From: the human T2T-CHM13v2.0 reference genome, Homo sapiens
Assembly: GCF_009914755.1 (NCBI RefSeq)
Contig: NC_060927.1
DNA: 64,000 nucleotides
Strand: one strand, 5' to 3'
Both the position numbers and the translations under genes were made by a program. The stretch's first letter is position 1; each line of letters begins with the position of its first letter. This document shows, in pieces, positions 1 to 13,976 of the stretch. The notes beneath the pieces are model-generated. The model made no database searches. It was not told where the DNA came from and saw only the letters and a program-made list of their open reading frames with translations.

Positions 1-199
1 CATCATTGGGGCAAGCAGAATAGAGAGATTGGGTTGATGTTCTTGGTGGTCTTAGCAAAGTATGAAGAGATGAGTGAAAGGGGCAGCTTGAAAGTGCTCA
101 TTAGAAGGCACTTGAACACTATGAATATGAAGGGGTATTTATGAATCAGGTGGGTATAGGTCAGAGAGTGTCTTGACTGAATACAAGAGATAAATCTCT

Positions 200-492
200 G
201 TTTTGTTTTTGTATTTTGTTTTGAGACAGGGTTTCTCTCTGTCACCCAGGCTGGAGTGCAGTGGCATGATCATGGCTCACTGCAGCCTTGACCCACTGGG
301 CTGAAGCAATTCTCCTGCCTCAGCCTTTGGAGTAGCTGTGACTGCAGGTGCACACCATTGCACCCAACTAATTTTTTTTTTTCAATGTAGAAATGGGGTC
401 TCACTTTGTTGCCTAGGCTGATCTCGAACTCCTAGGCTTAGGTGATCCTCCTGAAGTGCTGGGATTGCAGGCATGAACCTCTACATCTGGCC
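200..492 (-). mobile_element. AluJ
   Basis: Diverged full dimer, antisense, J-type 'gatcatggctcactgcagccttgac'. Confidence 0.9.
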
Positions 493-769
493 TAAAACTC
501 TTAATGGTATGAAGAGAGGCACAAGAACCCTCTTTCCTTTTCCTCTCCCAGTATATAAAATAAATGTGGTATATACACTTATATCTGTATCTTTCTCTAT
601 TTCTTTCTCCATCTACCATGCTTGCTTCATAGCTGTCTCTATTTCTGTCTTCACCTCTGTTTCTCTATATCTCTCTCAGTCTCTCTAGGCAAAATAGGAT
701 ATCTACTTACCTAGCAAAATCATACCTTCCCCTGCTTCACAGCCATGATTGGGAGGGAGTAGAATGTAG

Positions 770-1025
770 AGTGGCTAAGAGATTGGTTTTGGAACTAGTC
801 AGACTTAGGTCTCAAATTTCACCTCTGCCCCTTAGTAGCTGTATAACCATGTCACTTAATTTTTCTGAGACTCGTTATCCCTATCTTTGGAATAGAGGTC
901 ATAAATATATATACCCCATGGGGTATTGTAAGGAATATATGAAATTATATTTCTGAAGTGTTTTAGCATGGTGCCTAACACATAAGAGTTCAGTAAATTG
1001 TAGATGTTGGCTATTGTTATTAATG
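770..1025 (+). mobile_element. MIR
   Basis: MIR core-like 'tcacttaatttttctgagactcgtt...tagcatggtgcctaacacataag'. Confidence 0.7.
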
Positions 1026-1221
1026 CTGCTTTTGTTTTAATATGAGTCAACTGAAGGTACAGTGTCTATCTATATAAACCTGACGTTCAATTTATATTTG
1101 GCTCTCTGAGAAATCATCTCTCTCTCAGCCCGAATGAACCTTTATATATTATTTCCTTCTCGAAATTGGCTTTTTTTTTTTTTTTTTTTTGCAGTTAAAC
1201 TAAGGTGTCTTTTTTGTTTAG

Positions 1222-1470
1222 GTTGTAAATGTCTTAAAATCCTTATTGTCAAATCTTGATGAAGTAAAGAAGGAAAGAGAGGGTCTGGAGAATGACTTGA
1301 AATCTGTGAATTTTGACATGACAAGCAAGTTTTTGACAGCCCTGGCTCAAGATGGTGTGATAAATGAAGAAGCTCTTTCTGTTACTGAACTAGATCGAGT
1401 CTATGGAGGTCTTACAACTAAAGTCCAAGAATCTCTAAAGAAACAGGAGGGACTTCTTAAAAATATTCAG
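1222..1470 (+). CDS. PDCD6IP: ALIX coding exon (probably exon 13), V domain, aa ~548-630
   Basis: tttag|GTT acceptor, CAG|gtgaaa donor; 249 nt = 83 codons VVNVLKSLLSNLDEVKKERE...EGLLKNIQ, recognised as ALIX. Confidence 0.97.
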
Positions 1471-1619
1471 GTGAAATTTATATATTTAATAAGATCTGTG
1501 TTTTAAAAATTACAGAAAAGATATGTCTGGACTAAACCTATATTCAGTTAGGAAAATGACATTGGAGAATATCTGTAGTTAAGAGTAGAACTTAATACAT
1601 GTATATTTTGTAAAATTAA

Positions 1620-1956
<337 letters not shown>

Positions 1957-2612
1957 GAAACAAAGTCATTTCTATGGCTAAAATGTTGCATATTACTTAG
2001 GAGTGCTTGATACTTCAGATATTTTTCATGGTTCCAAGTTTTTAATAGCTTTGGTTTTTTTTCCATATGGGAGGAAAATCGAAATTAGTTGGAATTACTG
2101 ATACCTTTAATTGTATGGCTAACATACATACAGACTTCAGTCATTTTTTAAAAAAATAATGCAAAGTAAATATGTTGAGAAGTTTGAAGTTAGTTTTCGT
2201 GTTTACAGATAGGTAGTTTGGACTAACAAATACTTGAAAGTTTGCCCTTTTAATAGTTAATATGCAAAATTAAACATATATTTCTACTCCTAAACATTGT
2301 ATCTATATATGATATAAAATAACTCCAAAAGGTAAAATAATTTTCATGTTATATTTTTTACAAGTGTTATATACTAATAGAAATCTGTGATCATTATTGG
2401 TTGTTTTGACTCCTATTGGATTTTTGAAATTTTTACTTAAGAAAGATTTAAAGCATAATGAGGCTTCAAAAGAGTGTACTAGGTATTCTAGTAATTTTGC
2501 ATATGTATTTAATTACATATGATTTTCATAATTGGAAAAGATCAATAAAAATGTTATGAGCTATATTAATTTTATAAATAAATGTAAATATGTAAATCTT
2601 TCTTTTAACAAG

Positions 2613-2747
2613 GTCTCACATCAGGAATTTTCAAAAATGAAACAATCTAATAATGAAGCTAACTTAAGAGAAGAAGTTTTGAAGAATTTAGCTACTGCAT
2701 ATGACAACTTTGTTGAACTTGTAGCTAATTTGAAGGAAGGCACAAAG
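2613..2747 (+). CDS. PDCD6IP: ALIX coding exon (probably exon 14), V domain, aa ~631-675
   Basis: aag|GTC acceptor, AAG|gtatga donor; 135 nt VSHQEFSKMKQ...NLKEGTK, in frame with previous exon. Confidence 0.97.
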
Positions 2748-3899
2748 GTATGAAGTACATGCAAAAGGAACCATAGCTAGCAAGTACAGATGTGAACGCA
2801 TAGTTTGGAAGTTAAGTGGTATTTCCAGTTGAACCAAATTGCTCTTTGCCTAGAATTTTAGCTTTAATGCCATTGCTGCTGCGAAGTTTGTTATAGGAGG
2901 GAGAAAGCTTAATGAAGGTGGCAACATTTCATGGGAACTTTGAAGAATGAATTGCATATTTCAACTGGCAGAAAAGGGGTATAAATATTCCAGGTAGCAG
3001 GAATTAGCAGAGATGTCAATGACACCTTTTTAAGGGATAGGAAGTTGACTAATTTGATGAATTTTGAGGGGCAGGAGTAGTCAAAGCTGATTTGTGATGG
3101 AAAAGCGGAGGGGCATGACTTTTATGTTCTCTGCGGTGGTTTGCTGAGGACAGACTTGTGGCCTGCCCAAGTGTCAGAAGGCTTACTGAATATGTAAGTA
3201 CTTTCTTGCCTTGTCCTTTAAAAAGTTTAGGGAATTCGCTTATATTTCTTTTTACCAATTTGTTTTTGAGGGAACAGTGATTTTTAAGTTTTTTCAGATG
3301 CATAATTCCTTTTGGTACTTAACTTCATAATAATCACTGAATAAAGTTACCTTGATATAAATACAGTAGGTAAAATGTAAAACCCTCTGAAGAGAGGGTG
3401 AAAATACTGCAAAGCCTTCCAAATAGAGAGGATAGTAAAATGCCATTTTAATTTGGTTTAAAATGCTTTGTTTAAATAGGTAAGCTGAGAAAACCCTCCA
3501 GAGAGCCTTTAGAAATTCTTTTAAGGGTTTCTGAAGTATGCTTGCATTTCTGTAGTGAATTTGAAAACCTAATCCTTCCACTTAAATAGGTTTAATGTTA
3601 TTAAACAATTGACTTTTCTCTAGGAATTAGGAAGGTTTTCATGATCATGAATCTTTTAACTTGTTACATTTTTTATGATAATGTTCTGTAAAAATGCTTT
3701 TATTATTTTTATTTTCTTTAGGAGTCTTAGATCATATTTAATATTAAGTTGTTGGGCCTAGTAAATTGTATAAATGTATCTCATGCAGATCTCAGTTCTT
3801 CGGCTCTAACTATCATTGACAAATTAGCTTTAGATCACATTACTCTCTGGATTAAAAAATTGTTCTTGTTCCTTACTTGTATTTGTTCTTTGCTTATAG

Positions 3900-3994
3900 T
3901 TTTACAATGAGTTGACTGAAATCCTGGTCAGGTTCCAGAACAAATGCAGTGATATAGTTTTTGCACGGAAGACAGAAAGAGATGAACTCTTAAA
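3900..3994 (+). CDS. PDCD6IP: ALIX coding exon (probably exon 15), starts at Phe676 of the FYNEL motif (LYPXnL-binding pocket); absent from ORF track
   Basis: tatag|TTT acceptor, AA|gtaagt donor; 95 nt [31 protein letters not shown](K); counting back from the stop (868 aa) puts this F at 676. Confidence 0.97.
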
Positions 3995-4634
3995 GTAAGT
4001 CTGTTTTGTGTACCAAATTGTACTTAAAGAATTTTCTTTTAAAAAATCATGTAGAGACTTTTGGTATGAACTTGGTAGTATGAGATAGCAATTTTCCTCT
4101 TCTCATGGAAGAAGGAACTAGATAGAGTATTTTACAAAGCAACAAGTAAACAGCTGCATAATCTGGGAATGAAAGGATGAAAAGAAGCAGAAACTCTAGA
4201 TGCAGGAAGTACAGTGAGGTCACAGAAATGATAAAAACAGTTCAGGTGGCAGATCTCAGGAAGTGCCAGTAAATACAAGCAATTTATTTTGAAGTGGCAA
4301 ATAGGTTCCTTACATAAAACTAGAGCTATAGAACATGGAGGAGACAGCATGAATAGCTCAGAGAATACCAGCAAAATCACTTTCAGAAGGAGGCTGCTGA
4401 GAAAGCAGGGCCAGTTAACATACGACTCATTTCCTGCTGAGTAATCAATACAGAGTAGCACAGTGCTGATAAAAGGTGGAAAACATTAACAAAATTTAAT
4501 AAAACTTCATAGATGAAGAACATTTACCAAAATAATATTGTCACAGAATAGGTGAAAATTATGAGCAAACATCTGACCATGAGCTAAACAAAAACAACAA
4601 CAACAACAAATGTAAGGAGGCAATCATTCTAAGG

Positions 4635-4984
4635 CCGGGGTCCCCAATCCTGGGGCCTTGGACTGGTACTGGTTCGTGGCCTGTTAGGCACTGGGCTGCA
4701 CAGTAGGAGGTGGGTGGCAGACAGGCGGGCAGCTGGGCGAGTATTACTGCCTGAGCCCCACCTCCTGTCAGATCAGCCACAGCATTAGATTCTCATAGGA
4801 GCGCAAACTCTATTGTGAACTGCCCGTGTAAGGGATCTAGGTTGTGCATTCCTTATGAGACTCTGACTAATGCCTGATGATCTGAGGTGGAACAGTTTCA
4901 TCCTGAAATCATCTTCCGCTCCCCTGTGGAAAAATTGTCTTCCATGAGACCGGTCCCTGGTGCCAAAAAGGTTGGGGACTGCTC
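4635..4984 (+). mobile_element. MER1B (hAT-Charlie MITE)
   Basis: TIR-like ends ccggggtccccaa...ttggggactgctc; 8 bp TSD (t/c)tctaagg at 4627-4634 and 4985-4992. Confidence 0.88.
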
Positions 4985-5924
4985 CTCTAAGGAACACTTT
5001 GAGCAGAAATTCCAGAACTGCAGGAATATGGTAAGAAAACAGGAAGTGATAAGATGTGAGGTGTCAGAATTCAGGAAAGAAGTAGAAGGGAAGAATAAAA
5101 CCGTGACATGGGAAAGAGCACAAAGGGCGAATAAACACTAAAGAACACACAGGAACACAGAGTAGAAATGAGGAAATTAAAATGAAACCAAAGTCAAGAA
5201 AGAATTAGAGAGAAAATGGGCACAGAAGATCTAATATAGGCAAAACTGAATTTCTCTCAGAAGAAAAACCAGATAGAACAGTTATTTAACGTTCTGTAAA
5301 CAGAACACTTATTTAATGATACTCAAGAACATTTTCTTAAGTGAAGATTGTTGAAAGAGGATATCATATGGTAGGGGAAAATGACAAGAACTGTCAGCAT
5401 CAAGGCATATAAATTATTGGCCTTAAAAGATAATGGCAGAATCCTTTAGGCAGTCAGGCAAAACAGTCAAGCCAGTTTATAAAAAGGTGAAAAAAATTAG
5501 GCTGGCAGCTCTGTATGCCAGAAGAGAGTGGAGTGATTGCTGTAATCTCAAGGATAGTAAATATGAGCTAAAGATTTTATATCATATAGTAAATACATGC
5601 TAAAGATTTTATATCCAGACTGTCTTTTGGGTACATAAAAAGCCATATATTCATTAGTAATAAATATAAAGAGCTGAAAGAGTCTTATACCGATGACCCT
5701 TTCAGCCAACTAGATCTTTATTCATCTCTCTGTTCATATTCATGAACAGAGAATGAACATGTTCATGTTCATTCACCTCTCTGCTCATGTTCATGAGAGA
5801 AGTTATTTTCTTCTACCTCTAACAAAGAGCAGGTTAGTTGTTTTTAGAATATTTCTACTAAACCTATAAAAAGCAAATAATTAGAATGTTTTAAAAATGG
5901 TTCTAAATGTTTAAAAAAAGGTGA

Positions 5925-6187
<263 letters not shown>

Positions 6188-7074
6188 TAAAAAAAGATGA
6201 GTATTCTCCATATTAGTCTTAATGATAAAAAAACCTAACAAAGATTAATACAAAACAGTCTACAGACCAGTTTCAGTTATGAATATGGATGCAGAAGTCC
6301 TAAATAAAGTATTTGCCAGTAATAGTCACCAGGACGTTAAAAAATAATTATTGACCAAGGGGAGGGGGGCATTTATTCCAGTTTCAGTATTCAGTATTTT
6401 CACATCAAAGGAAAGATCACAGGTTTGTCTTAATAGATGAGGCAGAAGCATTTGAGAAAATGAGTGTTCTGATACTCAGTAAAATAAGAATAGATAGAAG
6501 ATAGATGCTTCCGTAACATGAAAATATATATATGTATGTGTGTGTATATATTTCTGCCCAAAACTCAGTATAGTGATTAATGGAGAAGCACTATAAACAG
6601 TTCCCTCTGAAGTCAAGAACAGACAACAAATGTCACTGTCAGCACTATTTTTAAATACTATACTGCAGTACCAGCCAAGACAATCACATGAGAGAGAAAT
6701 TAAAAAATTGGAAAGGAAGAAGTAAAACTAGCACTATTTACAGACATTATGATTGTACAACTACTTGAAAACCCAAGAGAACCCCAAAACTCTGCAAATA
6801 ATAAAATTATTATTACTGAAGTTGTTGATCATAAAAATAATTTGTAGAAATCAGTGGCTTTCATGTAAATAAACCTATAGAGGATAAGATGAAGAGACCC
6901 ACTTACAGTAGCAACAAAAAGGATAAAATATAAAATATAAGTTTGTCATATATGAGACCTATGTGAAGAAAACAGTATTTCAAAAAGAAGGCTTGAGCAA
7001 GTTAAAAAACATGTTCTTGGACAGGATGACTCAACTTCATAAAGATGTCAATTCTAAGTTAACTTATGCATCAA

Positions 7075-7240
7075 CTGGGCGTGATGGCATGCACTTCTAG
7101 TCCCAGCTACTTGGGAGATTGAAGTGGGAGGATGGTTTGAGCCCTAGAGTTCTAGGTTGTAGTGCGCTATGATTGTACCGTAAATAGCCACTGTACTCCA
7201 GTCTGGGCAACAGTGAGACCCTATCTCTAATAACAAACAT
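7075..7240 (+). mobile_element. FAM (fossil Alu monomer)
   Basis: Monomer keeping 7SL-like 'gtaaatagccactgtactcc' that dimeric Alus lack. Confidence 0.75.
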
Positions 7241-7262
7241 AAATAAAGAAATAAACATATGC

Positions 7263-7584
<322 letters not shown>

Positions 7585-7588
7585 TCAT

Positions 7589-7637
7589 ATGCTTTTGATA
7601 TGCAAACATGCTTTTGATATGCAAACATGCTTTTGAT
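7589..7637. repeat. 19 bp tandem repeat (atgcttttgatatgcaaac) x2.6
   Basis: Exact copies at 7589 and 7608, partial at 7627. Confidence 0.9.
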
Positions 7638-9124
7638 TAAAAAAAATCAGCAGCTTTTCATTTGGAATTAGACAAGTTGATCCTAAAGTTCAAGTAGAAA
7701 AAGAAACAAGGTCAGCCAGGAAAACAATAAAAAGAGTAGTGAAGGAATACTAGTTCTACCAGATATTAAGGTATATAATACCATATTTAATTAAAACACA
7801 GTGGTACTGGTACATGATTAGACAAAGACAGAATAGAAAATAGAAATAGATTCAAATACATACGTGAATTTAGTGTAAAAGATCTTCAGCCAACCAGAAG
7901 AGGTGGACAACTGCCCAGCCATTTAGAAAATAAAAGTTATCTTTATACCAGAGTAAGTTCTGAGTGGACCAAACTTGAAATTTGTAAATGAAATATAAGG
8001 TGTAAAATAGAATGGAGGAGAATTCCGTAATAAAGCTGGGATGAGCAGGATCTAATAACTCCTACTTAAAATCCAGAAGCCATTAAAAAAAAAGAAAAGA
8101 ATAAGTTTCTCATAGAAATATGATAAACAGAGTCAGGATATGACAAATTGGGAATCCAATATTTGAAACTTATTCACAGGCAAAAGGCTAATTTACTTTA
8201 TTTAGAAAAGAACTCCTAGAAGTGAACGAGAAGAAAACCCAATAGAAAACTGAGGAGAAGACGCAAACAGAATTTTGCAGACAAGGAAATACAAATGGCT
8301 CTTAAATAAATGAAAAAAAATGAATACCCTCATTCATTATAAAATACAAATTAAAATTAGTCTGAAGTAATATTTTTCAGATTGGCAAGAATCTGAAAGT
8401 TTGATAATATGCTTTGTTGTCACATGTTGGAGAAATAGATTTCATACATTGCCGTGAGAATACCCAATGGTGCAATCCTTGTGTTGGGCATTTTAGCTGT
8501 AAAGAATAATAAGACTGCAAATTCAAACATCCTTTAATCCAGCCATTCTGTTTTTGGGAGTCTATTCTGAGGATATATTAGAATATGCTAGAAATGACAT
8601 ATTTATGAGCTTATTCATTTCTACATTGCAAATAGCAGTAAAAAAGTAGAAACAAAGTGACCAGGGCTGGTGAAATAAAGCTATACTTGTATAGTGAAAT
8701 GCTGTGCAGCTATTTTAAAAATCAGGGTGTTTTCAATTTACTGATATGGAAAGATCTCCAAGATAGTTATGGTAAAAAGACACAGAACAGTGTGTAGAGT
8801 ATGTTTTGTGTAAAAAGGAAGAAAATAACAAATATAGAAATTGGCTTGTTTACGCACAAGGAAGCTCTGGATATTCTAAGGAAGAAAGATTGGAATATCG
8901 TCATTTAAAATATTTTATATTTCATATATCTAATTTAAAAATCAGGTTTGTTGTAAACAAGTATATATTTTATTTACACTTGTCAAGTATTTTCAGCTCA
9001 GTGATTGAAAGGTGAATGAAAGATGGAAAAGTAGGCCATATAATAATATTAGCTTTTGAATATCTGAGAGTTTATTTTGTTAAAGTCGTTGTTAATACTG
9101 AAGGCCAAAATCCTTTGAAATCTT

Positions 9125-10550
9125 ACTGGATATAATGTATACCGGAAAAGTATACATAAGTGTGTATCTTGTTGAATGTTCACAAACTGCGTACACCCAG
9201 GCAACCAGCACTTAAATCAATACACAGAAAATTCTCAGCACCCTAAAAGCATTGTTAATGCATCCACCCAGTCAGTCAGTCTTTATCTTTCTTTTCCAGG
9301 GCAACCGCTATCCTAACTTGTAAGAACATAGATTACTTTCTCCTGTTTTTGCATTGTATATAAATAGAATCACATATTATGTACTCTTCCATGACTGGCT
9401 TTTATTCTACATTATATTTGTGAGATTCATCAGTATAGTTGTGTGTATTTGTAGATCTTTTATTCTCATTTCTGCATATATTTTATTATGTGAATGTACA
9501 AGTTATTTATTCTACTGTTGAATATTTTGAGTAGTTGCCAGTTTTGAGCTTTTATAAATAGTGCTGGCATGAATGTTGTAAATCACTGCTGTCCAGTATT
9601 GCTGGTAGCAGTAAAAATATGGAAACAAGTCAAATGTCTGGTTCTGGTTAATTAAATAAAACTACATCTATATGGTGAAGTACTATGCAGTGACATATGC
9701 AATTGAAAATGTAAAATTTGTAGTAGCCGTAGTTAAAAAAAAAAAAACAGGTGAAATTAATTTCAATATTTCATTTAACCCAGTATGTCCAAAGTATTAT
9801 TTTAACATATAATCAATGTAAAATTACAAATGAGAGATATTTTACTTTTTTTCACACTAAGTCTTAGAAATCTAATCTGTATTTTTTTTTTTTTGTGAGA
9901 TGGAGTCTTGCTCTGTCGCTCAGGCTGGAGTGCAGTGGCACGATCTCGGCTCACTGCAACCTCCGCCTCCTGGGTTCAAGCAATTCTCTGCCTCAGCCTC
10001 CCGAGTAGCTGGGATTACAAGCGCCCACCACCAAGCCCAGCTAATTTTTGTATTTTTAGTAGAGACGGGTTTCACCATCTTGGCCAGACTGGTCTTGAAC
10101 TCCTGACCTCCTGATCCACCCGCCTCGGCCTCCCAAAGTGCTGGGATTACAGGCGTGAGCCACCGAGCCCGGCTTAATATGTATTTTATACTTACAACAC
10201 ATCTCAATTCAGAGTAGCCACATTTCAGATGTTTGATAGTCATGTGTGGCTAATGGTTACTGTATTAGACAGTACATGCTTTTGGTGAGCATGTTATATG
10301 CAGTGCTGTTGGGTATATATCGAGGTCAAAGGATATGTGTGTATGCTCAGTTGATATTGTCAAATAGTTTTCCAACGTGATTGTACTAATTTATATTCCT
10401 CCTAGCAATATATGAGAGTCCTGGTTGCTCCACATTTTTGCCCTTAGCTATTCTGCTGGGTTTGTAGTATTATCTCATTGTATGATTTTAATTTTTCATT
10501 TTCCTGATGACTAATATGTCCTTTTTATATACTTATTAGCTGGAGGCTTT
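9125..10550 (-). mobile_element. L1ME-like 3' end interrupted by a MER33-like element (~9700-10275)
   Basis: Antisense old L1 3' motifs either side; 'acatctcaattcagagtagccacatttca...gtggctaatggttactgtattagacag' is MER3/MER33-like. Confidence 0.65.
9882..10174 (-). mobile_element. AluS inserted in the MER33-like element
   Basis: Full dimer; TSD taat(c/a)tgtattt. Confidence 0.92.
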
Positions 10551-11789
10551 GCTTTTTAATTTCTGTTTTCATTGAAATCTTTCATCAGAAGTTTAAAGCG
10601 TTTAAGAAGAATGAATATTTTACTCTGAGCTTTACTTTCTTTTGACTAATGGTTTGAATACTACTGTCAGGTTGTTGGGCATAGTACTAGTGGCATTTTA
10701 TTTTATATCTTTTTGCTCTTTTACATTATTGATTTTATTTAATAGCATTGATTTATATCTTTTATAAGTGGCTAGGAAATTATCATTTGCTCTATAAATG
10801 TGTTATTTACTGCAACCATCCCTAGAGTTTATCAAAGGAAAAGAAAGGTATTGTGTTAAAGCTTTATAATATACGTATATATTTTAGATATTTCAAAATC
10901 TGGCCTTTTAGAATTTTGATATTGATTAAAAACTTATTTATTTTATAAGCAGTTATTTACTTAAGAAGTAGTTTTGTTTTTTTTTTTTGATGAATGTATA
11001 CTAGTTTTCTTTATGTCTGGAGTGACTGGGGCCCTTCTTGAGAGGGAAGGTTGGATGCGGACAGTGTGGGGCTTTGCTGTTAATTGTTAAATCAGGGCAA
11101 AAGGTACTGTCTCAGATGTTTTGGGACATGTCATATTTACTTCTTTGTGTACGTTAATCAGTGCAGTGAAAAGATGATTGACATCATGTATTACATGGAG
11201 TGCATTTTACCTTAGGTATTGTTTAGTGTGATTTTGGGATAAATTTCAATTTACTGTTAGAGGAGACAGAATTTTCTAATATTTAATACTAAATTGTAAT
11301 AGTATTTTCAGCAATATATCTTTCATGAGTTTATCTTAGTGACAGGTGATGTGTTATCTTTTAATATAAAATATTTCAACGCCACATTTCTTTGAATATC
11401 TTCAGGAAGTTTTTATCTAGAAATTTGCATAATGGTTTGCATAAAAGGTTAGCCTTTTCACCTGTTTTATTTTGTATAAACACTGATATAGTGATTAAAA
11501 CATTAGCTACATAACTATGAGTCACTGTAGTTTTCTGATAACTTTTAGATAGATGATGTTAGGAGTTTTTTAAATCCAGGGACTACCTTTTATTAGAGGG
11601 TGGGCAGTCTTTTAGGATTACTTGCCCAGTTTGACACGTTTCTTACTCTAGCTGTAACTGTGATCTCTGAAAATGTTTACTTTTTCCCCCAGTCTTCAGA
11701 AATATAAAAAAGATACAACTTCATTTTATTAAACAATAGGAAGAAAGAGGATTTAGATTCTAGTCAAGAATAAAAATGTAGTATATTTT

Positions 11790-12599
11790 GTTTTTTTCAG
11801 TTTTTGTTATATTGATAAATAATTATACATATTATGGGGTACATGTGATACTTTGATCATGAATACAATGTGTAATAATCAAATCAGGGTAATTAGGATA
11901 TTCATCACATATTTGTGGGGCACATGTGATATTTTGATACATGAATACAATGCATAATAATCAAATCAAGGCAATTAGGATATTCATCTCAAACGTTTAT
12001 CATTTCTTTGTGTTGGGAACATTCCAAATCTTCTAGCTATTTTGAAATATACAATAAATTATCATTAACTATCATCACCCTATGCTGCTATTAAACACTA
12101 GAACTTATTTATTCTCTCTGACTGTATTTTTGTACCTATTATCCACCCTCTCTTCATCCCCACCCCCTACTCTTTCTTGACTCTAGTAACCATCATTCTA
12201 CTCTGTCTCCTTGTTTTTAGCTCACACATATGGAGGAGAACATGCAATATTTGTCTTTCTGTGCCTGGCTTATTTCACTTATCATGATGGCCTCCAGTTC
12301 CATCCATGTTGCTGCAAATGACAGAATTTCATTATATTTTTTATGGCTGAATAATATTCCATGGTGTATATATACTACACTATATCCATTTATCTGCTGA
12401 TGGACACTTAGGTTGCATTCATATTTTGGCTGTTGGAAGTGCTGCAATAAACATGGGAATACAGATATCTCTTCAGTATATGGATATCCTTTCTTTAGGA
12501 TATATACCCAGCAGTGGGATTGTTGGATCATATTGTAGATCTAGTTTTAGTTTTTTGAGGGACCTCCATACTGTTTTCCATAGTCACTGTACTAATTTG
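11790..12599 (-). mobile_element. 5'-truncated L1MA with perfect 16 bp TSD
   Basis: L1MA 3' end antisense; TSD aaatgtagtatatttt at 11774-11789 and 12600-12615. Confidence 0.88.
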
Positions 12600-12739
12600 A
12601 AATGTAGTATATTTTAAAATACCATCATTGTTTGGAATCCATTTTCTATGTTTCATGTATGAAGAAAAGAAAAGCTGATATTTTATGTGTGTTAATTTTT
12701 TTCTATCATGTTAATTTTTAACACTCTGTCTTTGATAAG

Positions 12740-12863
12740 GGACTTGCAACAAAGCATTGCCAGAGAACCTAGTGCTCCTTCAATTCCTACACCTGCGTAT
12801 CAGTCCTCACCAGCAGGAGGACATGCACCAACTCCTCCAACTCCAGCGCCAAGAACCATGCCG
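12740..12863 (+). CDS. PDCD6IP: ALIX coding exon (probably exon 16), start of proline-rich domain; PSAP (TSG101) and PTPAPR (CIN85/CD2AP) motifs
   Basis: aag|G acceptor completes the split Lys codon, CCG|gttagt donor; 124 nt DLQQSIAREPSAPSIP...PTPAPRTMP. Confidence 0.97.
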
Positions 12864-12934
12864 GTTAGTAGGCAAATAAATATTTTAAACAGAGGTTTTA
12901 CATTAACGATGATTACTTGTTCTAACGGATAAAA

Positions 12935-13660
12935 CATGATTTACATAGGAAGGATCTAGTGGTTACCACCTGCATCAGGTAACCAACCTTCTGATATTTT
13001 GCAATATGTAGAACACAGCATCATTCAAGAATTCTTGACAAAAAAATGCTTAACCTGAATGTAATCAAGCCCTTAAACTTTCTGTTTATAGCAAATAAAA
13101 CAAATGATAAAATAAGAAGTTAAATTATGCTATTAGGAAACAATTGGACAAATCTTTCACATGGGACATTTATATGAAATAACTGAGTTGATCATTTCTA
13201 AAAGTGAATGTCATAGATTTTTTAAAAAAGAGGCATATTCTAGATGAAAAGAGATGAAAGTTTCCTTATAATCAAATGCAGTATATGAACTTTATTTGCT
13301 TTTGGTTTATAAAAATAGCTATATGAGCTTTTTTGTGTTAATTAGGGGAAAATTGAATTTGGAGTGGATATTTGATGACATTGGGGAATAGCATTAGTTT
13401 TTTAAGGATGAAAATGGTATTGTGATTATGTAGGAGAATATCCTTATGAGAACTTGAGTGCTGAAGTCTTTAGGGCTAGTGTCATGAAATTTGCAACTTA
13501 CTTTCAAATGATTCTGCAAATATATATGGATGTAGTTATAGATAAAGCAGAAATGACAAATGTTAATAGTTGTTGAATTTCATTGGTAGATGTGTGATTA
13601 TTTTATATACTATTTTTTACAAATTTTCTGGTGTGTGACATTTTTCATGTAAAGTTTGGG
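12935..13660 (+). mobile_element. L1MC/L1ME 3' region
   Basis: Old L1 3'UTR motifs 'ggggaaaattgaatttggagtggatatttgatgacatt', 'aatggtattgtgattatgtaggagaat'. Confidence 0.6.
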
Positions 13661-13976
13661 GACTAGGAGGAGATGATGGTAGTAAACAGTACCTGTGCTG
13701 CTTCCTTCCACCTCAAATGTCCAACCACTGGAGGAAGCAGTAAATGATTAAATATGAGGCACCAGGAAAAGAGCAGTGGCTATGGAGTTTCCACAGGTTG
13801 GAAAATTATTCAACTATGATATATTTCTATAGTAATAAGCCGGTATTTAAGAATGGGAATTAAAAATATATTTGGTTGGATTCTAGAGTTTCTCATATGT
13901 CCTTATTAATTTTAATTAATAGCAATTTGAGAGAAATATGAAACATTTTATAGTCAATGCTGACTTTTTCTTATAG

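Noticed and set aside
7075-7240. 7SL-like sequence
   Set aside because: No S domain and diverged; a FAM monomer, not an SRP RNA gene.
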